A stretch of 63,725 nucleotides of DNA, counting the filler, from Candidatus Huberarchaeum crystalense (lineage in GTDB: Archaea; Huberarchaeota; Huberarchaeia; Huberarchaeales; Huberarchaeaceae), in assembly GCA_002790315.1 (NCBI GenBank). It is 5 parts of 5 records of this genome, joined end to end, with 100 filler letters (N's around TTAATTAATTAA, not from the genome) between each part and the next. Parts side by side here need not be neighbours in the genome. Positions count along the whole stretch, not along the records: positions 48,216 to 63,725 come from PFUW01000007.1; 4 more parts are not named here. One strand, given 5' to 3'. This document shows, one piece after another, positions 56,037 to 63,725 of the stretch (position 1 is the stretch's first letter; the number at the start of each line of letters is the position of its first letter). A program made the translations under genes and the position numbers. The notes below the pieces were generated by a model. It was not told where the DNA came from and did no database searches. It saw nothing but the letters and a program-made list of their open reading frames with translations.

Positions 56037-58628
56037 ATGTCTCTAAATTCAATAAGCATCGAAAAACAAAAAATTTTAGATTGCCAAGAAAATACCCTTG
56101 TTATCGCAAATCCAGGAACAGGCAAAACATTTTTGCTTAGTCATAAATATATTTCTCTTTTGAAACAAGGACTAAAACCAGAAGACATACTTTGCTTGAC
56201 TTTTACAGAAAAGGCGCGCGAAGAAATGGAAAACCGAATAAAAAAATTCATTGACAAAGACAACATACCTGTTAGTATTTCTAATTTAAAGATTCATACT
56301 TTTCACTCTTTTTCTGCAGAAAATATTATAAAAAACAAATTTCTTGTAACTAATCTTGGACGTTATTTTGCATACAAATATTTGAAAGAAAAAGAAGTAT
56401 TTAATTATTCTGATGGCTATTTGATGAGCACAATAGCACCAACAATTGACAAAATGATTCAGTATCTTAAAAACCACAAAATCACTCCTGAAAAAATTGA
56501 TATTAAAAGAGCAGGAGATTTTTTGCAAGAAAAAGGAAGATATAAAAAAGAAGACCTTGAAAAGATTTTGTATTTTTTTGTTGAATTATATAAAGAATAT
56601 GAAAAAATAAAACAAGAAAAAGGCTATTTAGATTATGTAGATCTTTTGCTTAATTTTAAAATAGATTCTCCTTTATACAAATATGTTCTTGTTGATGAGC
56701 TTCAAGACGCAAATTTACTTGAAGCAGAAATTGCATTACACGCAGGGCAGAAATTTTTTGCTGTGGGTGATAAAAAGCAAGCTATCTTTGGTTTTCAAGG
56801 AGGTTCGGTAACAAATTTCAACAAGTTTAAACAATCAAAAGTGTTTGTTCTTTCTGAAAATTTTAGAAGCACAAACGAAATTCTTAACTATGCAAAAGAA
56901 TTTTATAAATTAAATGGAAATATGGTTCCCCAAGAGCTTGAAAATTTAAGAAATGTTGAGGGTAAAACAGGTCAAAAACCAAAGCTGTGTGTGTCGACGA
57001 ATCAAGTTAAAACAACTCTTTTGCTTGTGAAGCAAATATTAAATCAAAAGAAAGTTCCAACAATTTTAGCTAGAACAAACCAACAATTACTGCAAATAGC
57101 AAGCGAGCTCAAAAAGCAAAAATTAAATTATTTAATAACATTTTCAAGAGAGGCGAATTTTGCGAAAAAAGAAATACTTACCTTTCTTAGAAGTATATTT
57201 TCTGAGAATACGATTTGTCTTAAAAAGGCTTTGTTTACTCCTTTTATTTCTATTTCGACAAAAGATGCATTTGAGATATCAGAAAACAAAAAAATAATTA
57301 GTGATGAAATTTACAAAAAAGTGCCTGAACTTAAAAAAATAAAAGAGTCAATGCATTCTTTTAGTGATTTAATAAATTTGTTTGACAATTTAATTATTCC
57401 AAAAGCAAGGGAGCAAAGCAAGGAATATTTAAATATGGCTGAGAATTTTAAAGAAATGCTTAGCGAGGCAAAAAGAGCAGTAGATGCTTTCAATCCAAAT
57501 GAAATAATACTTTATCTGAGCACTGCTGATATTCCTCTTTCTGAAATAAAAGGAGAGCAGAACACAATTATTTTATCAACTGTTCACAAAGCAAAAGGCC
57601 GCGAATTTGATTATGTAATTTATTTGCCTGCGAAATCGCAAGAAAAACTTGCTTTTAGGTCTGCGATTATTGATGCAATACTCGCATCTCAAAACAATGA
57701 CAAATCAAATGTTGATGAAGAGCTAAACCTTGATTTTGTTGCAATTACAAGAGCAAAAAACGAATTATACATACTTAATCAAAATTATGGCCGCTATATA
57801 AATTCATTTATAGATAAGTCCTTTATCCCAGAGCAAGATACCTTTATTGAAAATAAAAACAATTTTGAGAAAAATTGGTTTGCTGAAAAGATAATAGAAC
57901 ATTTTTCAAACAAAAAATCATTTTCTTTTTCAGAAATTTATTTGAGCCCTGAAGATTATTTATATTTAAATATTTTGAAAATTGGTGAAATATCTTCTAG
58001 TCAAGAAATAGGCATTAATGTTCATTCAATTGCATCAAAAATACTAAAAGGTCTAACTCAAGAAGAGATATTCAAACAAGATTCTCAACTCGAAAAATAT
58101 GAAAAATATATATTTAATATTTATAAAATTATTTCTGAAATCAAACAAAAATATGCTTTAGTTTACAATTCCGAACTCTCAATAGATGTGCCATTATCAG
58201 AATTTTTTGAAACAGATGCTAAAATTAATTTTAATGGTAGAATTGATGCAGTTTTTAAAGATAATAATGAGAATTATTTAATTGTTGATTGGAAAACAGA
58301 TAGAAATGAAGTTCAAAGTTCTAAACATCGTCAGCAATTAGAATTATATATGCGCGCGCTTTCCAAGAAAAATAATATTCCTATTGAAAAAATAAAAATC
58401 GCCATTGCTTATGTTGGATTAAAAAAGCAAATATCTGATGGGGTTTTGGATTATAAACTTGATGAGCAACAACCATCAAAATATATATTTGAAAATATTG
58501 TGGTGAATAAAATAAATTTGTTTTTATATTGGAAAGAAAACCCCCAAAATTTTATCGCAAGTTTGTTTGAAAACGAGAGCAATGATCCGATTTTAATCAG
58601 AATTCTGCAAAATAGAGATAAACTATAG
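56037..58628 (+). CDS. UvrD/PcrA-like SF1 helicase with C-terminal PD-(D/E)XK nuclease
   Basis: ANPGTGKT, VDELQD, GDKKQAIFGFQG, NFRS, TVHKAKGREF, VAITRAK; GRIDAVF...IVDWKT...QLELY. Confidence 0.93.
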   Translation: MSLNSISIEKQKILDCQENTLVIANPGTGKTFLLSHKYISLLKQGLKPEDILCLTFTEKAREEMENRIKKFIDKDNIPVSISNLKIHTFHSFSAENIIKNKFLVTNLGRYFAYKYLKEKEVFNYSDGYLMSTIAPTIDKMIQYLKNHKITPEKIDIKRAGDFLQEKGRYKKEDLEKILYFFVELYKEYEKIKQEKGYLDYVDLLLNFKIDSPLYKYVLVDELQDANLLEAEIALHAGQKFFAVGDKKQAIFGFQGGSVTNFNKFKQSKVFVLSENFRSTNEILNYAKEFYKLNGNMVPQELENLRNVEGKTGQKPKLCVSTNQVKTTLLLVKQILNQKKVPTILARTNQQLLQIASELKKQKLNYLITFSREANFAKKEILTFLRSIFSENTICLKKALFTPFISISTKDAFEISENKKIISDEIYKKVPELKKIKESMHSFSDLINLFDNLIIPKAREQSKEYLNMAENFKEMLSEAKRAVDAFNPNEIILYLSTADIPLSEIKGEQNTIILSTVHKAKGREFDYVIYLPAKSQEKLAFRSAIIDAILASQNNDKSNVDEELNLDFVAITRAKNELYILNQNYGRYINSFIDKSFIPEQDTFIENKNNFEKNWFAEKIIEHFSNKKSFSFSEIYLSPEDYLYLNILKIGEISSSQEIGINVHSIASKILKGLTQEEIFKQDSQLEKYEKYIFNIYKIISEIKQKYALVYNSELSIDVPLSEFFETDAKINFNGRIDAVFKDNNENYLIVDWKTDRNEVQSSKHRQQLELYMRALSKKNNIPIEKIKIAIAYVGLKKQISDGVLDYKLDEQQPSKYIFENIVVNKINLFLYWKENPQNFIASLFENESNDPILIRILQNRDKL

Positions 58629-58804
58629 AGTTGTTTTTAATCAGAATTCTGCAAAATAAATACGGGATATAAGTTGTTTTAATTAGAATTCTGCAANNNN
58701 NNNNNNNNNAAATACAGAATATAAGTTGTTTTAATTAGAATTCTGCGAGACAAAAACAAGATGTAAAGTTAATTTATTTGTATAAAAACGCTGCTAAAAA
58801 ACAT

Positions 58805-61193
58805 ATGGTGCAAAAAATAATTGACTCTGAAATATCTAACGAGCTAAAGAAATCATATTTAACTTATGCAATGAGTGTAATTGTTTCGCGCGCTTTGCCT
58901 GATGTGCGCGACGGACTTAAACCAGTTCAACGCAGAATTCTTTATAGTATGTATGAACTTGGCTTGACAAAAGGTGCAAAAACAAAAAAGTGTGCGCGCA
59001 TAGTTGGAGATGTTATGGGTAAATACCACCCCCACGGAGATTCTGCAATTTATGGGGCATTAGTTCGATTGGCACAGAATTTTTCAATGCGATACACTTT
59101 AATTGAAGGACAGGGAAATTTCGGATCAATTGACGGAGATCCGCCAGCAGCAATGAGATATACAGAAGCAAAATTAGAAGGAATTACTACTAATTTTTTA
59201 GATGACATAAACAAAGAAACTGTTGATTTTATACCAAGTTATGATAATACAAACCAAGAACCAGTACTTCTTCCTACAAAAATCCCAAATGTTTTGCTTA
59301 ATGGCAGCTCAGGCATTGCTGTTGGAATGGCTACTAACATACTCCCTTATAATCTAACCGAAATAATGACTTGTTTAATATATATAATTGACGAACCGTC
59401 AGCTAATTTAGATGATCTTGAAAAAATTATAAAAGGTCCTGATTTTCCGACAGGAGGAACTATTTTAGGAAACAAAGGAATTAGAGACACGCATATGACA
59501 GGAAAAGGAGCGATAACTGTGCGCGCAAACGCAGAGTTTACTGACAATGAAATAATTATCACAGAAATTCCCTATTTGGTGAACAAATCAGATGTTATTT
59601 TAAAAATTGCGTCTTTGGTGCGAGAAAAAAAAATTGATGGTATTTCTTCAATTCGCGACGAATCTGACAAAAAGGGTATGCGAATTTATATAAAAACAAG
59701 CAAAGGTGCTGACCCTGAATTTGTATTTAAACATCTTTGCAAATTAACAGAACTTCAGACAACTTTATATGCAAATACATTGGCGCTTATTAACAATCAG
59801 CCAAAATTGTTTTCCTTGCGCGAAATGCTTGAAGAGTTTATTAAATTTAGGCAATTGATCGTGCTTAACAGGACAAAATTCCTGCTAAAAAAAGCCCAAG
59901 AGCGAAAACACATAGTTGATGGGCTTATTATTGCTGTTAACAATATTGATATTGTAATTGATTTGGTAAAAAAAGCAAAGCAAATTGAAGAAGCAAAGCA
60001 AAACCTAAAAACTAAATTTTCTTTATCAAACATACAAGTTGACAATATACTCGCAATGCAGTTAAGGAGATTGACTGCTCTTGAACAAAATGAATTAAAA
60101 AATGAACAAACAGAACTTAATCAAAAAATTAAAGATTGTCAAGAAGCAATTGTTTCTCCTGAAAAAATATTATATATTATAAAAAAAGAGTTCAGAGAAA
60201 TACTCGAAAAATTTGGTGATAAACGAAAAACCCAGATAACAGTCGAAGAATCGCAAGATGTTGATGACGAGGACTTAATTAAAGACAAAGGTTGCTTAAT
60301 TACATTATCTTACAATCAATTTATTAAAAGGAGAGATGTTGCCACTCAACAAAGACGAGGGGGAGTTGGTTCTAGAAGTTTTTCATCCACAGCAGATGAT
60401 TTTGTTGAAACTATAATCAAAGCAAATACAAAGGATTTACTTTTATTTTTTACAGATCACGGAAAGATCTTTTGGCAAAAAGCATACAAAATTCAAGAAA
60501 TGGGGCGAAATGCGCGCGGATCTTCTGTTCGCAATCTATTTAACTTGTCAGAAGGCGAAAAAATAACAAAAATACTTATCTCTCCAAAAATAGTCAATGA
60601 TGATGATTTTGTTTTGTTTGCGACAGAGAATGGCAAGGTAAAACTAACTGCACTGAGCGAATATAGTAATCCAAGATCTTCTGGTCTAATTGCAATTAAT
60701 TTGCGCAAAAAAGACAAAGTCGTGGATGTGTTTGTTGTAAACCCAAAACAGAGTGTTTTTTTGGCGACAAAATTAGGAAAATTAAACAAATTTTTAGTTG
60801 ATGAAGTTAGAGCAGTTGGCAGAAGCGCAATAGGTGTCATAGGAATTGACTTAAAGAAAAATGATAAAGTTGTTTCAGCAGGAATCGCCAATCCTAATGA
60901 AACAATACTTACAATTACAGAGTTTGGTTATGGAAAACGCACTCCTGTTGAGTCATATTCTTTAACACACCGCGCAGGTGTTGGAGTTATAAATATAAAT
61001 ATAACTAACAAAACAGGTCAAGTTATTAAAGCGCACTGTGTTAGATCTGAAAATAATTTAATTATTGTGACAACCCGAGGAATGATTATAAACACTAGTT
61101 TAGATCAAATTTCAATAATTGGAAGAAACACACAAGGTGTTAGGTTAATTAAACTAAAAGAAAATGATAAAGTAGTTGATTGTACTGTTTTTG
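58805..61193 (+). CDS. gyrA: DNA gyrase subunit A (3' end in gap)
   Basis: [28 protein letters not shown], GyrA-box QRRGGVG, beta-pinwheel repeats. Confidence 0.96.
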
Positions 61194-61425
61194 NNNNNNN
61201 NNNNNNNNNNNNNNNNNNNNNNNNNNNNNNNNNNNNNNNNNNNNNNNNNNCATTATAAATAGCATTAATATTAATTAAATTGTGTTAATATTGATTTGTA
61301 GTATTGATTAAATTTTGATATTGATTTATAATATTGATTAAATTTTGATATTGATTAAATTTTAATATTAGTTAGTATTAGTTTAAATTTTTGGAGATTT
61401 ATTCAACGAACTCATTAAAAAGATT

Positions 61426-62052
61426 ATGAAAGACAAAGAAACCCGCAAAGATATTGAAGATATTAAAGAAGCGAGTAAGTCGCGCGATTTTTTTGATATT
61501 TTGAGAAAAAGGCAGCGAAGAAATGTCATAACAGAAGCATATAGAGAAACCGAGCAAGCAGAAAACGCATTTTTTGAAGAGCGCGCACAAAAGCACGAAA
61601 CCGAGAGCATACTTGACAAACCAATTGTTAAAAAATCGATTATTACAGGTATTTTTTTGCTTGTTTTAATTGCATTGATTGTGTTGGCTTTTGTATTTTT
61701 TATGCAACAGCAAATAGATATTGATATTAAATTTGGTTGTGCATCACCTGATGATGGAAGCAACAGAATATTTTGTAGTACAATAATAATTCCAAAAAAT
61801 AACTTAACAATTATAGATGTTTGGTTGCATGCTGATGTTATTAAAAGCGCACAATGTAATTTTGAAAATAGTATCTTTAATGATATTTCAACAAATTGGG
61901 CGCGCATTATAGCTACAAATATAACTGCAAACCAAGAATATAATTGTATTTTTGAAATAGCATCAAAAACAAATACTGCTTCTAAAGCTGTTAGAGCTAC
62001 ACTTAATATTTGTTACCCTTTAAATGAAAATAATACACTGCGTTGCATTGAA
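61426..62052 (+). CDS. single-TM hypothetical protein (3' end in gap)
   Basis: Charged N-terminus, one TM helix, Cys-containing beta-rich domain. Confidence 0.6.
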
Positions 62053-62078
62053 NNNNNNNNNNAGAAATAAAATAAATT

Positions 62079-62366
62079 ATGTCAAAACAACTTGCTACAC
62101 AATATACTAATGAATTTTTAAATTTAGCCAAGCAAATTGCTAATGAGCAACCTGAAAGAGCGGCAAGGTATGTTGAAATTTGCAGGAAAATCGCAACAGC
62201 GTTTAATATTCGTCTTAGCAAAAGAAAGCGCGAATTTTGCAAGCAGTGCAATGCATATTTAACACCTAAGTGCGCCACATATCGACTATTAAAAATCAGA
62301 GGAAGAACTTGTTTATTTGTTAAGTGCGCGAAATGTAGAACAATTAAGAAAATTATTCTAAAATAA
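62079..62366 (+). CDS. rnp4: RNase P protein Rpp21
   Basis: AARYVEICRKIA...KREFCKQC...VKCAKC. Confidence 0.9.
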   Translation: MSKQLATQYTNEFLNLAKQIANEQPERAARYVEICRKIATAFNIRLSKRKREFCKQCNAYLTPKCATYRLLKIRGRTCLFVKCAKCRTIKKIILK

Positions 62367-62467
62367 ATGTTAATTTAAGTATACCAAAATATAGTTTTTT
62401 TGTTATTATTTTTCTGCAAAACAAAAACCTGAGCCAAACACTTTACAAAATTTAATTATATGGTATA

Positions 62468-62697
62468 AAGAGAGTAATTGATTTGAAGAGAGTAAATGAT
62501 TTGAAACAAGTAATTGATTTGAAGAGAGTATTTGGTTTAAAGAGAGTAATTGATTTGAAACAAGTAATTGATTTGAAACAAGTAATTGATTTGAAACAAG
62601 TAATTGATTTGGAGAGAGTAAATGATTTGAAACAAGTAATTTGAAGAGAGTATTTGGTTTAAAGAGAGTAATTGATTTGAAACAAGTAATTGATTTG
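62468..62697. repeat. intergenic array of 13 units, mostly 18 bp
   Basis: Variants aagagagtaattgatttg, aaacaagtaattgatttg and aagagagtatttggttta with no spacers; one unit is 14 bp. Confidence 0.93.
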
Positions 62698-62901
62698 GGG
62701 GGGGGTAATTTATGCGCGCGCTTTCACCACATTTTATATTAGATCATTAACTAACTTTAGGCCCATATTTTTTTAATAAAAGCGCGCGCAAACTCTCTTA
62801 TAATTGCCTATTTTTCACAAACAACGTAATTAATATTTATTAAATATATAAATATATTATGGAAAAATTAAAAAGATTACTTATAATTATTAGGGGGAGT
62901 T

Positions 62902-63384
62902 ATGTCTTTTGGATTTAACTTGCCTTTTGGGAAAAAAAAAGATGATGATATACTGAAAGAGCTTGAAGATTTAGACAAAGATAAGAATGATGGTTCTGCT
63001 TCTTTATCTAGTTCATTTTCTAATTTAAACCTTCAACCACCAGAATCATTATCCACAAACAATTTTCCTTCTCCTTCTTCAACAAGCACAACTCCATTTT
63101 CTTCTGCTGTTTCAAACACTCCTTCTGGTTTTATGACCAAAGGACAAACACCAACAGGATTTTCAGGATATGCTCCACAACAAACACAATATTCTCAGCA
63201 AGGACAAAGCTCTCATGACCTGATTCAGCAACGAATCAATCAAATTCTCGACCAAATCCAAGGTCAAAACATTAAATATGAGCAGTTAAAAGTAGAGTTT
63301 GGCACAATTTCTATAAACCTTGAAATAATCAAGCGCCAATTAGAGCAGATAAAATTAAAGATTGATAACCAACAAATAAAGTAG
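62902..63384 (+). CDS. hypothetical protein with S/P/Q-rich linker and C-terminal coiled coil
   Basis: MSFGFNLPFGKKK start, low-complexity middle, heptad C-terminus. Confidence 0.65.
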   Translation: MSFGFNLPFGKKKDDDILKELEDLDKDKNDGSASLSSSFSNLNLQPPESLSTNNFPSPSSTSTTPFSSAVSNTPSGFMTKGQTPTGFSGYAPQQTQYSQQGQSSHDLIQQRINQILDQIQGQNIKYEQLKVEFGTISINLEIIKRQLEQIKLKIDNQQIK

Positions 63385-63725
63385 TGAGCAAAAAGGTTTG
63401 CTGTATAGTGAAAACTTACTAAAATATGTTGTTTTTGAGCAAGTTTTTTGGAAAAAACAAATAAAGAGCTCGGTGTTTTGTTAAAAAGATAGATTGTTTT
63501 TAAATATAACTGATAGCGTAATTTATTAAAAATGCTTGTTTTTGGGGTTTTTATGCCCAAAAATCGCTATATACTTCTACAAAGTGCAACCCTTTTTTAA
63601 CTACCTTGCTAAAAGACATCATAGAAGAGTTTTTACTTTTCTATATTAAATTTTCTGCGAAGCAGAAGATTTATAAAGTTTGCAACGCAAACTTTCACAC
63701 AAATAAAGGAAAACAAAACAATAAT

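Noticed and set aside
62468-62697. Possible CRISPR array (GAAAC-containing repeats)
   Set aside because: Units are directly abutting 18-mers with no unique spacers, and no cas genes are present.

Overview
AT-rich archaeal genome window. The reduced, scrambled gene set is typical of a DPANN-type ectosymbiont. It is compatible with a Huberarchaeota-like lineage, but I cannot confirm the taxon. The window is a concatenation of five scaffolds joined by artificial N44-TTAATTAATTAA-N44 linkers (28883-28982, 35098-35197, 40072-40171, 48116-48215), with many smaller N gaps. Four scaffolds carry host genes: scattered ribosomal proteins (including unlisted eL39, eL41 and an apparent eL34-eL14 fusion), ThrRS, AlaRS, GatE, DnaG, RPA, GyrA, EndoQ, pelota, Nop5/fibrillarin, Rpo12, SecE, TrkAH, OapA/B/C and SepF. 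They also carry five tRNAs, including a rare intron-containing tRNA-Ile(UAU), a large set of pilin-like and Cys-rich surface proteins with a TadC/FlaJ-type platform protein, and a bacterial-type restriction-modification island beside tRNA-Ala. Host DNA is strongly enriched in the palindrome GCGCGC. The third scaffold (35198-40071) lacks that signature. It looks like part of an undescribed small archaeal virus or mobile element: all genes on one strand, a two-tyrosine HUH rolling-circle Rep, candidate origin hairpins, small membrane proteins and candidate single-jelly-roll/Ig-like virion proteins. All assignments come from motif recognition by eye; no searches were run.
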